Source: the human T2T-CHM13v2.0 reference genome, Homo sapiens. From it: DNA of 64,000 nucleotides. Of this stretch, positions 16,801-31,864 are shown one piece after another (the first letter of the stretch is position 1; every line of letters begins with the position of its first letter). The position numbers were made by a program, and so were the translations under genes. The notes under the pieces were generated by a model. It worked only from the letters and a program-made list of their open reading frames with translations, made no database searches and was not told the origin of the DNA. The stretch is taken from the NCBI RefSeq assembly GCF_009914755.1, contig NC_060942.1. One strand, written 5' to 3'.

Positions 16801-16993
16801 TGATGAAATGGTAGGCCATGGGGGAAAAGCTCTGGATTTGCAGAGGTCACTCTAAGCTGCAACTCTGTCATTATTGAGCTGTGTGACGTTGGGTAAATCA
16901 CCTGCTCTGCAGATCAAGTGCCTCAACAGTAAAACAGAAACCACAATCTTTCAGAGGAAAAATGGGACAGACATGAAAGTAATTTATAAATGA

Positions 16994-17405
<412 letters not shown>

Positions 17406-17875
17406 AAAAGTATGTTTTTCATAATAACAGAATAAAAACTAGGCAAGAGTGTATAACAATCTATCACCACTGGGGAAAATTGGTTTTTATTTTTTAATTA
17501 TCTCTTTCTAAAGGCAAATAAAAGAGAAAAATGTCATCAAAATACCTATATCTAAAAAACTCAGGAAACTTCTCTCTCTGTTTAGTTTCTACTTTCTTTA
17601 AATACTTCTTGTTTACTTTATTAATTTTTTTGTGATTATTTTATAATCTGACTTTTTCTGAACCTCAAAATCACTGAAAACTTGGCAGTCAAAATGTGAA
17701 GAAAAAAATGCATCAACTAAAAAGTATTCAAAAAAAGAAAACAAATCAACAATGAAAAACATTAAAAAATAATGAACGAGGGAGAACCACGTAAATAATA
17801 GAAGAAAGAGTTGTCTGTGCTAATAAATAAAGTCCATGACAAAAATGATACACGGTGTACCCCCACAAGGCAGCA

Positions 17876-17918
17876 GTAACCATAGCAACAAGACAAGCAG
17901 TGTACTCAGAGTGACTCA
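17876..17918. promoter_or_regulatory. RFX X-box (GTAACCATAGCAAC) with a nearby AP-1 site (TGACTCA, 17912-17918)
   Basis: Motif match only, in non-repetitive sequence. Confidence 0.4.
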
Positions 17919-19881
17919 ACCAAATACTTAACATATATCAGGTATAGTTCCTAAGCCTATTTTCATATGGTATTGAAATATTTTATGCCCCTTCCTTATC
18001 TAAAATTGCTCATAATAGCTATTCCTTTAATTTATAAAGAGATAAAAATTTCTTGTGTCTTAACTTTTGTAATAATCAACATGACTTAACTCAAGTATGC
18101 TGGAACCAGCAACAACTCTCATTTTCTAGTTCTCAGTAATGAATTTCAGTTGAACTGAAACAGATTGTCCAATGATACGTGTGGGAATCAAGACATCAAA
18201 TCCTGATTCTTCTCCTTAGACATAAGGTGCTTGGCATTACTATTTATAAGTTTTATCTCTTAGAAATTTAATGAAATGTCAAAATAGCAGTGCTGTCTGG
18301 GTAGAGAATCCCAGGGCAATCTTTGTCTGAAGGTTTTTAAGAAAAGGAATTCCACGGCCTCATTCTCTACATTGCTCCAGTACCCTGAACCTTCTACCTA
18401 ACACTTTTGCTGCATCCTTTAGAACAAGCCTTGAATTGTTCCTCATTGTCTGTGTCTTTATGGAGTATAAATCTCAGGTTTAGAAAACTTTTTCGTACAA
18501 AACAGGCCTGTCTCCCCAAGGAGACTATGAATCAGGGAAGTTTTTGTTTGTTTTTGTTGTTTTTTTTCAAGTCCACGGTACCCATAATCAAGAGAAAAAG
18601 TGTCTCACACTATCAATCTGATGGAGGGATGCAGGGGCTTTCTCTCTTTGATCCAAGGTATATTTGAAGGTAAAGGTTCTTTGCTCTGGCCTGGGGACAT
18701 TTCCCTTTAGCACTGCAATTAGAGACAAAGAAGACAAAGCCTGGCAGTGCTGTGGGAGGAATGATGAATAAAGGAGAGAACTGCTTTACTTTGGGGGGCA
18801 TCCTCTACACCCATAAATAATCCGTACATGTTCATAGACTCTAAGGATGGAAATGCCACATCTTTCAAAGCCAACATGCATGTTAATCTGATACCGGGAA
18901 TAAGGTGAAGTTATTACAATTCCCTATCACCTTGCCTGGAATGGTGAGCCTGGAATCCAAGAATCTTAGAAGCCAGTTTTGGCTCCTGAGAAAAATACTG
19001 TGCAGTGTTGGAACACAAAGGTGCAATTATTCCAGTAATAAGATCTGCTTCTCCGGTTGTCTCTGGGCTGTCCACTCTCCCACAGCTCTGCACAGTCAAT
19101 AGCCAAGGACCCTCAGCTGACGGCAGGTGTCAGATTACTATTCCAGCAGCAGTGTCAGAGGGACTGATTACGCATCTAGTCTGGAGTGATGTGGAAAGGT
19201 GAAGCTGCATTCTATTATAACCAGAGACAGTGTCAGTATGGAGAAGAGGATGTGTCAGAGACAGACTCCAGTTCGAGAGGGTTATTTCTGGAATACTCCA
19301 AGGAAGCCTCTGGCGTGGCTGCCCACATGCACCAGACTTGTTGCTGTGGAATGTGGTGTTCAGAGTTGTCACTCCCTCAAGCCTTGTACCTAAAAATAAG
19401 TATCTACGTATTAAAGCAGGTTTATTTTTACTCAGACTTTCTTATTCTTGCAGTATAACTTTTCTTCACATTTACAATTTCAAAATATTTTGTCAATAAT
19501 GTTTATAATTCTTAAAAATCCATAAATCATAATCCATAAACCTTAAACCAAAGTCTTGTATTCCAGCAAGAAAACTGGCTTTCTCATTTTCATGTATTTC
19601 TGGAATTTGATAAGAAAAAATTTTGTATGAAAAGAAGGGCAAATGGATTTTTTTGAAGGATAATACAGAATATATTAAAAACCAAGCTAAAAAAAAAGCC
19701 TGATATCCTAGAAAGGAGACTAAGAGGGCACCCAGACCCCTCCACTCAGTTCCAAGAATCTTCTTCTCACTTAAAGCCTCATTGGCTGCTGTGATGACGC
19801 TTCTAGCAGAGCTGTGAGTGGAGGTGTTTCAGAAGATCTGTCAGGGAAACAAATTAATCATTTCAATCTTAGCACCTCCAA

Positions 19882-19919
19882 GCCTAGAGGCCATTAGAAT
19901 GCCTAGAGGCCATTAGAAT
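19882..19919. repeat. Perfect 19-bp tandem duplication (gcctagaggccattagaat x2)
   Basis: Directly visible. Confidence 0.95.
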
Positions 19920-20462
19920 GGCAGCTGGTGTCTAACCTGGGATAAAGTTCTCTAGTATTTATTTTTTCTAAGTGAAGTAAGGCTAAAAGCTATCCATTGT
20001 AATGAGAAACTGACTACATTCTATTCTATCTTGTAAGCTTTTGTTATTAATATTTTAATTGACATCTAAAGAAAGTAGTAGAGTGCTGCAGGAGAGTATT
20101 ATCAATAACAGATGCAATATCTGTGTTCCATAAGAACCAGTATCTTGTTTATGTTGTCTTACAACTCTATTGTCATTTATAATAGATATTTAATTTTTTC
20201 TAGGCTAAAATGGAGAATATTCATTACATACTCTCATTATGCCATCAGTTTCTTTTTCTTAATTGTCAGAATAGCATCCTTGAGCTATGTGGTTATCCAG
20301 CTCCTTCCCTTAGAATGATCTTTCAGTCCACTGCAAATAATTCCTTTCCTCTCCCCGCTACTCCAGTTTGTCCTATTCCTCTATGCCTAAAACATTAAAA
20401 CGCATTCAGGTACACCAAATACTGCTGAGTCATTATGAAGATACGAAGTACTCGCAATCAGC

Positions 20463-22899
20463 TTTTTTTTTTTTCTTTTTAAAATTGATCTTTTATTTTT
20501 CAGGGCAGTTTTAGGTTTATAAAAAAAAAATTTAACAGACAGTACAGAGATTTCCCATATGCCCCCTTTACCCCTAATCCCATGTCTTCCCCTATTATTA
20601 TCTTACATTAGTGTGGTACATTTCTCACAATTAATGTACCAATATTGATATATTATTAATATTATCAACTAAAAGTCCTTAGTTTACATTAGGGCTTTAT
20701 ATTGTACATTTCTATGGGTTCTGACAAATGCATAATGACATGTATCCACTATTGTCTTTTTGCTATCTCTGTAGCTTTGTCTTTTACAAAATATCCATAT
20801 TCAAGTATATTGCATAGGCTTGGAATTATGTATGTAGCCCTTTCAGGCTGGCTTCTTTCACTTAGCAATATGCAATTAAGGCTCCTTCATGTCTTTTTGG
20901 TGCTAATTTCTTTTTATCACTGAATAATATTCCTTTGTATGAATATATCCACAGACTCACCTATTATCCATTCACCTATTGAAGGACATCTTGGTTGCTT
21001 CCGGTTTTGACAATTATAAATAAAGCTGCTGTAAACATTCATGTGGAGGTTTTTGTACAAATATAAGTTTTAAATTCATTTGCATAAATGCCTAGAAATG
21101 TGATTGCTGGATCATATGTTAAGTCTGTTTTACTTTCGTAAGAAACTTTGCAAGAAACTACCAAACTATCTTTCAAAGCGGCTGTACCATTTTGCTTCCC
21201 TACCAGCAATGGATGACAGAGTCCCTGTTGCTTCACATTAGTATGTCAGTGTTTTGATTTTAGCCCTTCTAGCAGGTTTTGTAGTGGTATCTCATTTTAA
21301 TTTACAATTCCCAAGTGATATATGATGTTGATCTTTTAATATGCTTATTTATCATTTGTGTCTGCTGATATGTCTGTTCAGATCTTTGGCCTTTGAAAAA
21401 TTGGATTGCTTTCTTACTGTTGAATATTAGCAGTTCTTTGTACATTTTGCGTACAATTCCTTTCTTAGATATATGTTTTGCAAATCTTTTGTTCCATTCT
21501 GGGACTCATTTTTTTCATTTGCTTAATGATTCTTTCATATAACAGAAATGTTTAGTTTTAATAAAGTCCAACTTATCTAGTTTCTTTTTCATGGTTTGTG
21601 CTTTCGGTGTTTATTCTAATAATCACCAAACTGAAGGCCACCTAGATTTTCTCCTTTGTTATCTTCTAGAAATTTTATTGTTTTGCATTTTACATTTAGA
21701 TCCATGATCCATCCTGAGTTTGTTTCATTTTGAATTTGTTGCACTTGTTCTTTCTTTTCTAGTCTTCCTCTCTTTTTCTCCCTTCTCTGATTTTAATTGA
21801 GCACTTTATACGATTCAATTTTCTCTTCTCTCTTATCATATCAATTATACTTCTAAATTAAAAAACGTTTTTAGTGATTGCCCTGAAGTTTGCACTATAC
21901 ACTTACAACTTACCTAAGTCCTCTTTCTACTAGCGCTATACCATGCAAGCACCTTATAGCAGAATATTCCCCAATTCTCCCTCTCATCCCTTATGTTATT
22001 GCCGGCATTCATTTCACCTCTCCATAAGCTATACTCACCTAATTAATTTTTGCTATTGTTATTAAAAAATAGTTGAACAAACTGTTATCAATTAAGACTA
22101 TAAAAAGTAAAATATTTTATGTTACCTTTATTTTTCCTTCTCTAATGCTCTTCCTTTAAGTAGTTCCGGGTTTCTGACCCATATAATTTTCCTTCTCTCT
22201 GGAAAACTTATTTTAAAATTTCTTGCAAGGCAGTTCTACTGGAGACAAATTTCCCCAGTTTTTGTTTGTCTGAGAAAGTCTTTATTCTTCCTTCACTTTT
22301 GAAGAATAGTTTTACCGCATACAGAATTATAGGTTGTGGGAAATTTCAATGCTTTAAACATTTCGCTCTACTCTCTTCTGGCTCACATAGTTTCTGAAGA
22401 GAAGTCCAGTGTAATTCTTATCACTGCTCCTCTATGGGTAAGGTGATTATTTTCCTCTGGCTTCTTTCAAGATTTTCTCTTCATCTTTGATTTTGTATAG
22501 TGTGAATATGACATATGTAGGTTCAGATGTTTTGATATTTATCCTTCTTGGTATTCTTTGTGCTTACTGGATATGTGTTTTAGTGTCTGCCATTAATTTT
22601 GAAAAATTCTCAGCCATTATCATTTCAAATATTTCTTCTGCTCCTTTTCTTCTTTCTTCTCTTTCTGGTATTCCCATTGCACGTTTACCCTTTGTAATTA
22701 TCCCACAGTTCTCACAGTTCACGGATATTCTGTAATGTCTTTTTCATCTTTTTTTCCTCTTTGCTTTTTAGATTGGGAAGTTCTACGGACACAGCTTAAA
22801 GCCCACTGATGCTTTCTTCAGTCATGTTGACTCTGTTAACGAGCCCGTCAAAGGCATTCTTCATTTCTGTTATTTTGTTTTTGAATACTAGCATTTCCA
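20463..22899 (-). mobile_element. Old L1MC-like fragments (3'UTR/ORF2 end fused to an ORF1-region piece)
   Basis: Poly-T, then L1MC-type 3'UTR (cagtacagagatttcccatat, agtgtggtacatt); later ORF1-type sequence (ttgtttgtctgagaaagtctttatt). Confidence 0.75.
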
Positions 22900-22900
22900 A

Positions 22901-23368
22901 TTTTTTTTTTTTTAATTTCAATAGTTTTGGGGATACAGGTGGTTTTTGGTTACATGGATGTTTTTTAGTGGTGATTCCTGAGATTTTAGTGCACCCGTCA
23001 TCTAAGCAGTGTAAACTGTACCTAATATGCAGTCAATCTTTTATCCCTTACTCCCCTCTCAACCTTCCTCCCTGAGTCCCCAGAGTCCATTATATCACTC
23101 TTGTGTCTTTGCATCCTCATAGCTTAGCTCCCTCTTTTAAGTGAGAACATATGATATTTGGTTTTCCATTACTCAGTTAGTTCACTTAGAATAATGGCCT
23201 CCAGCTCTGCACAAGTTGCTACAAAAGGCATTATTTCATTTCTTTCTTTTTATGGCTGAGTAGTATTCCGTGGTGTATATATACCACATTTCCTTTATCC
23301 AGTCATTGGTCAATGGCACTTAGGTTAGTACTATATCTTTGCAACTGAGACTTGCGCTACTATAAATA

Positions 23369-23405
<37 letters not shown>

Positions 23406-26400
23406 CTTTTTAATATAATGACTTATTTGCCTTTGGGTAGATACCCAGTAGTGGAATTGCTGGATCAAATGGTAGTTCTACTTTTAGTTCTTTAAAGAAT
23501 CTCCATACTGTTTTTCCTAGTGGTTGCACTAGTTTACACTCCCACCAGCAGTGTAAAAGTGTTCCCTTTTCACCACATCCATGCCAACATCTATTGTTTT
23601 TTTGACTTTTTAATTAGGGCCATTCTTGCAGGAGTAAGGTGGTATCTCATTGCATTTCCCTGATGATTAGTGATATTGAGCATTTTTTCATATGTCTGTT
23701 GGCAGTTTGTATGTCTTCTTTTGAGAAATGTCTATTCATGTCCTTTGCCCACTTTTTGATGAGATTATTATTTTTTTTTCTTGCTGATTTGTTTGAGTAC
23801 CCTGTAAATTCTGGATACTAGTCCTTTGTTAAATGCATAGTTTGCAAATATTTTCTCCCACTCTGTAGGTTGTCTGTTTACTCTGCTGATTATTTCTTTT
23901 GTTGCACAGACACTTTTTAGTTTAATTAGGTCCCATTTATTTATTTTTGTTTTTGCTGTATTTGCTTCTGGGGTCTTAGTCTTGAATTCTTTGCCTAAGC
24001 TAATGTCCAGAAGAGTTTTTCCAAAGTTATCTTCTATAATTTTTATGGTTTCAGGTCTTAGATTTAAGTTTTTGATCTATCTTGAGTTGATTTTTGTATA
24101 AGGTGAAAGATGGGGATCCAGTTTCATTCTTCTACATGTGGTTTGCCAGTTTTCCCAGCACCGTTTATTGAATAGGGTGCCCTTTCCCCAATTTATGTTT
24201 TTGTATGCTTTGTTGAAGATTACTTGGCTGTAAGTATTTGACTTTATTTCTGGGTTCTCTATTCAGTTCCATTGTTCTACATGCCTATTTTTTATACCAG
24301 TACCATGCCGCTTTGATAATTACAGCCTTGTAGTATAATTTGAAGTTGGGTAATGTGATGCCTCCATATTTGTTCTTTTTGCTTAGTATTGCTTTGGCTA
24401 TGCAGGCTCTCTTTTCATTCCATATGAATTTTAGAATGGGTTTTTCTAGTTCTGTAAAGAATGATGATGGTATTTTGATGGGAATTGCATTGAATCTGTA
24501 GATTGCTTTTGGCAGTATAGTCATTTTCACAATATTGATTCTTCCCATCCATGAGCATGGGATGTGTTTCCACATGTTTGTGCCATCTATGATTTCTCTC
24601 AGCAGTGCTTTGTCATTTTCCTTGCAGAAGTCTTTCACCTCCTTGATTAAGTATATTCCTAGGTTTTTTTTTTTTTTTCAGCAGCAGTTGAAAAGGGATT
24701 GAGTTCTTGATTTTATTTTTGGCTTAGTCATTGTTGGTGCCTACTGATTTGTGTACATTGATTTTGTAGCCTGAGACCTTACTGAATTTGTTTATGAGAT
24801 CTAGGAGCTTTTTGGATGAGTCTTTAGGGTTTTCTAAGCATATTATCATATCATTGATGAATCGTGACAATCTGAGTTATTCTTTTCCACTTCAGATGCT
24901 TTTTATTTCTTTCCCTTGTTTGATTGCTCTGGTTAGGACTTCCAGTATTATGTTGAATAGAAGCGGTAAAAGTGGGCATCCTTGTCTTGTTCCAGTTCTC
25001 AGGGGGAATGCTTTAAACTCTTCGCCATTCAGCGTAATGTTGCCTGTGGGTTTACCTTATATGGCTTTTGTTATTTTGAGGTAAGCCCCTTCTATGTGTA
25101 TTTTTTTGAGGGTTTTAGAATAAAGGGATGTTGAATTTTATAGAATGCTTTTTCTGTGTCTATTGAGATGATCATATGGTTTTTGTTTTTAATTCTATCT
25201 ATATGATGTATCACATCTATTGACTTGCATATGTTAAACCATACCTGCAACCCTGGGATGAAATCTACTTGATCATAATGTATTATTATTATTTTTTGAT
25301 GTGCTGTTGGATTTGGTCAGTTAGTATTTTGTTGAGGATTTTTGCATCTATGTTCATCAAGGATATTGTAGTTTTCTTTTTTTTGTTATGTCCTTTCCTG
25401 GTTTCGGTATTAGGGTGATACTGGCTTCATAGAATGATTTAGGAAGGATTCCTTCTTTATCTTTTGGAACTGTTTCAGTAGAATTGGTACCAATTCTTCT
25501 TCGAATGTTTGGTAGACTTCAGCTGTAAATCCATCTGGTCCTGGACTTTTTTGTTGTTGACGGCAATTTTTGTATTACTGATTAAATCTTGATGCCTGTT
25601 GTTGGTCTGTTCAGGGCTTCTATTTCTTCCTGATTTAATCTAGGATGGTTTTATGTCTCAGGACTTTATCCATTTCCTCTAGGGTTTCTAGTTTGTGTGC
25701 ATAAAAGTGTTCATAGTAGCCTTGAATGATATTTTGTGTTTCTGTGGTATCAATTATAATATATCCAGTTTCATTTCCACTGAATAATTGAGCATATATG
25801 GATATTCTCTTTTTTTCTTGGTTAATCTTACTAATGGTCTATCAAATTTGTTTATCTTTTCAAAGAACCAGCTCTTAGTTTCATTTATCTTTTGTAATGT
25901 TCTTTTTGTTTCAATTTCATTTAGTTCTGCTCTGATCTTTAATATTTCTTTTCTTCTCTTGGGTTTGGGTTTAATTTGTTCTTTTACTCTAGTTTCTTGA
26001 GAAGTGATATTAGGTTGTCATTTTGTGCTGTTTCAGACTTTTTGATGTACACATTTAATACTATGAACTTTCCTGTTTGGGCTGCTTTTGCTGTATCCCA
26101 GAGGCTTTGATAAGTTCTGTCATTATTATCATTCATTTTCAAGAATTTTCTAATTTAGACCTTGATTTCATTGTTAAACCAAAAATTATTCAAGAGCAAA
26201 TTATTTAACTTCCATGTATTCGTATAGTTTTGAGAATTCCTTTTGGAGTTGATTTCCAGTTTTATTCCACAGTGGTTTCAGAAGACCCTTGTTATGATTT
26301 CGATTTTTAAAAATTTATTGAGACTTGTTTTATGGTCTATCATATGGTCTATCTTGGAGAATGCTCCATGTGCTGATGAATAGAATGTATATTCTGTATT

Positions 26401-29400
26401 TGGGAAGACTGTTCTGTAAACACCTGTTAAGTCCATTTGTTCTAGGGTATAGTTTAAGTCTGGTGTTTCTTTGTTGAGTTTCTGTCTTGATGATCTTCTA
26501 GTACTGTTGGTGAAGTATTAAAGTGCCCCACTATTAGTGTGTTGCTGTCTACCTTATTTCTTGGGTCTAGTAGTAATTATTTTATAAATCTGAGAGCTCT
26601 AGGGTTAGGTGCATATAAATTTAGGATTGTAATATCTTCTTGTTGGACTAATCCTCTTATCATTACATAATGTCATTCTTTAACTGTCTTTTTTTAACTG
26701 TTGTTGCTTTAAAGTCTGTTTTGTGTGATATAAGAATAGCTACTTCTGCTCACTTTTGTTTCCAGTTGCATAGCATATTTTTTTCCACCCCTTTACCTTA
26801 AGTTTATGTGACTCCTTATGTGTTAGGTGGGTCTCTTGAACATAGCAGATATTTGGTTGATTTTTTTATGCATTCTGCCATTCTGTATCTTTTAAGTAGA
26901 ACACTTAGGCCGTTTACGTTCAGCATTATTATTGAGATGTGAGGTACTGTTCTAGTGATCATATTAGATGTTGCCTAGATACTTTGTTTTTTTTTTTTTC
27001 ATTGTGTTATTGTTTTATAGGACTTGTGAGATTTGTGCTTTAAGGAAGTTCTGTTTTGGTGCATATTTGTTTGTCAGCATTTGTTTGTCTGAGAAAGACT
27101 TTATCTCTCCTTCATTTATGAAGCTTAGTTTTTCTGGATACAAAATTCTTGGCTTACAATTATTTTGCTTAAGGAAGCCAAAGATAGGACCCCAGTCCCT
27201 TCTGGCTTGTAGGGTTTCTGCTGAGAAATCTGCTGTTAGTTGGATAGGTTTTCCTTTATAGGTCACCTTATGCTTTTGTCTCACAGCTCTTAAAACTCAT
27301 TCCTTCATGTAGACTTTAGATAGCCTGATGACTATGTGCCTTGGTGATGATCTTTTTGCAATGAATTTCCCAGGAGTTCCTTGAGTTTTCTGTATTTGGA
27401 TATATAGAGCTCTACCAAGGCCAAGGAAGTTTTCCTCAATTATTCCCTCAAATAAGTTGTCTAAACATTTAGACTTCTCTTTTCCCTCAGGAACACCAAT
27501 TATTCTTAGATTTGGCCATTTTACATGATCCCATATTTCTTGTACACTTTATTCATTTCTTGAGATTCTTTTTTCTTCATCTTTGACTGGGTTAATTCTA
27601 GAGCCTGATCTTTGAGCTCCAAGATTCTTTCTAGTCTATTGAAGAAACTTTTCCACTGTATTTTGCATTTCCCTAAGTGTGACTTTCATTTCCAGAAGTT
27701 CTGACTGGTTTTACTTCATGACATCAATCTCTCTGGAAAATTTTCATTCATATCCTAAATTTAAAAAAAAAATTTCTTTATGTTGTTTTTTACCTTTCTC
27801 TAGTATCTCCTTGAGTAATTTAATAAGCAACCTTCTGAATTCTTTATCTGGTATTTCAAAGATTTAATCTTGGTTTGGATCCATTGCTGAAAGCTAGTGT
27901 GATTTCTTGCGGATGCTGTAGAACCCCATTTTGTCATATTACCAGAATTACTTTTCTGGTTTCTTCTTATTTTGGGTGGACCATTTCTTCAAATTGTTCT
28001 TAAATTTATTTTTGATTTGACTGTGTTTTTTTCTTTAATTTCTTCTTTTCCCTCTTAAGGATCTGACTTTAATGTTTATCATTTATTATAGCCTAATTTG
28101 ATTCTTAATGCTTTTAGTGGGGAAGACTCTGTAGGAGTTCCTTAAAGAGAGTTTTTGTGCGCTGGCTTTCCCAGACGCTGGTTGCAGTAACCATGCATTT
28201 GGCCTGTGGGTAAGTTCACTGTCTCCTGTAGGGTTGGAATGGCTAGGATCTCTTGAAGCTTATCTCATTCTCCCATGGTGTACACCTTTTTATTTATTTA
28301 ATTTTTTCCCAGTATTTTATTTACTAAGCTGATGATTCAGCCTTCAGGCCAATAGGAGAGGTATCCCTGGGGTAGGTATTGGTGGTAGCTAAAGAGATGC
28401 ATAGATATATCTAATGGTGGGCAGAGGTCCCAGCCTTGATGAAGGTGCCTGGGGGAGCTCTAAATTAAATGTGCTGAGGTTTTATCAGAGTGAAGGGTGG
28501 AAGCCACCTCAGCTCCCCTGCCAGGCAAGCAGGAAAGCTATCCACCTTCCTGTCCCAGTATTCCAGCTATTCAGATCAGACAGGTAACTCTTTGCATCTG
28601 TAGGAATGTTGATGTTCCAAGTAGAGAGGAGTTGTGACTCTGCAAGCCTGAATTTGAGAAGTGCTCCTCCTGTGGGGATGCAATCACCCTAAATTGTTCC
28701 TGGAAGGCCATCTATATGTGCATCTACACTGCATTCCTCTGGGAGAAGCCCCAGCTGTGTGTGCAGTGGTGTACCAGTGGGAAAAGGACCCCCTTTCCAA
28801 GCCCCTTTATGATCAGAGATGCTGCCTGATTGTTGGGGTAGAGGTGTAGACTTTCTTTACTGCACCCAGCACTGCAATTGTGTCTCTGCTATAAGAAACG
28901 TCCCACTAGTGGAAAGATCTGGGACTCAAGGCCTGCCATTCAGATTCTTTTTCCCATGGGATGTTCCCTTGATGTGATGCTCTCCCCCTTCCCCTAGGAA
29001 TGAGACTTCCTGAGACCCAGACCACAGTGATTGTTAGTGCTCTTCTGGGTCTAGATACCCAGTGGGACTACCACACTTTGAGCTGATGCTGGGGAATGTC
29101 TGCAAGGGATCCAGAAATGTGAACTAATTTCAAGTCTCCCAGCAGTGTACACCAGCACCATCTTTGATGGAGATGGCAGGGCAGTTACATACACTCTGTG
29201 AGATTTCTTGGTTGGAGATAAGGCTTAGTGTGCTGGATTTCTCAAATGAGAGTTACAATTGCAGTGAACTTGCCACATGGACAGGCTCAGGACCTCTGGT
29301 TAGTCAGGGTGTTGTACGCAGTGGTGATATCTGAGGTCACATAGTCATTTTCTCCTTCCTGGGCGCATTCTACCTAGAGGTGCTTAATGGACTGTGTTGG

Positions 29401-29832
29401 ATGGCCTCCAGCCACGAGGTGGCATTTGCAAAAGAGCAACCAGCTGCAGTAGTAGCAGTGGGATTTAAGCTTGCCATAAGTTGCTGCAGGAAAGTGTTGT
29501 TTTTTTTTTTCCTCAGGTGACAGGCAGGGCTATAAAGTTCCCCAAAGTTTATGTCCTTTGTGTTAAGCTACCAGGGTGGGTGAAGGGGCACAACCAAGTG
29601 AGGGCAGGGTTAGGCGGGTCTGTGCTCTGACTCTTCTTGAGCTGGGCTAGCTGCGGCCACTGTGAGGATTGGGAGGTGGTTCTCAGGCCACTGGGCTAAT
29701 GTTCCAGAAGGGAGTATAACTGCCTCTTCTGCACAGAAGAGTTCACAAAGGTAGTGGGGAGGAGCAGGCAGCAGTAAGCCTCACCCAGCTCCCATGCAGT
29801 TGGCGAGGCTGATATCACTCACTCAGTGCTCC
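22901..29832 (-). mobile_element. Near full-length L1PB-like element (3'UTR, ORF2, ORF1, GC-richer 5'UTR), inactivated, sense to L3MBTL4
   Basis: Poly-T plus tttcaatagttttggggatacaggtgg 3' end; ORF2 remnant 24285-24638; ORF1 remnant 27015-27284 (VTYKGKPIQLTADFSAETLQARRDW). Confidence 0.9.
23371..23403. repeat. (TG)n microsatellite
   Basis: Directly visible. Confidence 0.95.
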
Positions 29833-30601
29833 AATAACAAAGGCAAAAGATGACTCAGATAAATAACGGTGACTAATGTGTTTACAAAATTAGATGGCAA
29901 GATAGAGAATTTTACTCAAGAACTAAGGTCTATTAAAATCATACATAGGTAAATTGCTAAACTAAGAAATAAACAATAATTTAATTAAAAATTAATTACA
30001 TGAGTGTAATAGCAGTTTGGAGACAGCTGAAGAGAGAATCACTGATCTTGAAAATAGGCCACTAGAAAAATATCCAGGCTGAAGCATGTACTAAAAACGG
30101 AGGGGAAATAATGAAAAGAGCTCTTAAGACATAACTAAGAAAGTCTAATATATTCGCAGATGGAGTCTCAATAGGGGAAATGAGAGAGAATGGAGCATAA
30201 ACAATATTTGAGGAGATAATGGTCAAATTTTTCAAAGTGGTAAAAAGCCATACACCCACAGATTTAAGCACTATGAATCCTAAAGAGACAAATATAAGGC
30301 ACTTCATAGTAAAACTGCTAAAAATGAAAGACAACAGAAAAATCTTATAAGTAATCAGATAAAATGTGACACACTCCAAGACATACTCCTTTCAAACAGA
30401 CACAATAAAGCTACAGCTGACTTCTTGAGAGAAACAATAGAAGTCAGAAGCCAACGGATTACCATATTTAAAGCCTGAAAAAAAATTAACTGCCAATCTA
30501 GAATTCTATAACCTGTAAAAATATTCTTCAAAAGTTTGGGTGAAAAAAGGATATTTCTGGACAAAGAAAAACTTACTCAAAAAAAAAAAAAAAATCAGCT
30601 A

Positions 30602-30956
<355 letters not shown>

Positions 30957-31134
30957 TCAGATAGAGGAAAAATGATTCTATATAAAGATAAAGATGCATT
31001 TTGTAGTAGCTGGGATATCTACTAACAGAATATTAAAAATAAATAAACAACAAGCTAATAGAGGGAGAATGGTATACTCACATGAATTTTGGTTTAAAAA
31101 GATACAGCAAAAATATAAAATTGAATACAAACTA

Positions 31135-31473
<339 letters not shown>

Positions 31474-31554
31474 AGATAGTAGCCCTAAGTCCAACTTAAC
31501 ACTAATAACATTAGATAGAAATGTATTAAATCCTTCAATTAAGAGACTCCTGTT

Positions 31555-31700
31555 GACTGGGTGCAGTGACTCACACCTGTAATCCCAGCACTTTGAGAGG
31601 CTGAGGTAAGAGGATTGCTTGAGTCTGGGAGGCCAAGGTTGCAGTAAGCCATAATCACGCCACTGCTCTCCAGTCTGGGGTGACAGAGATAGATCCCATA
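31555..31700 (+). mobile_element. Monomeric Alu (FRAM-like)
   Basis: Single right-arm-type monomer. Confidence 0.8.
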
Positions 31701-31824
31701 AAAAAGAAAGAAAGAAAAAGAAGAAAGAAAGAAGGAAAAAAAGAAAGAGAGAAAGAAAGAAAGAAAGAAAGAAAGAAGGAAAGAAAGAAGGAAAGAAAGA
31801 AGGAAGGAAAGAAAGAAAGAAAAA

Positions 31825-31864
<40 letters not shown>

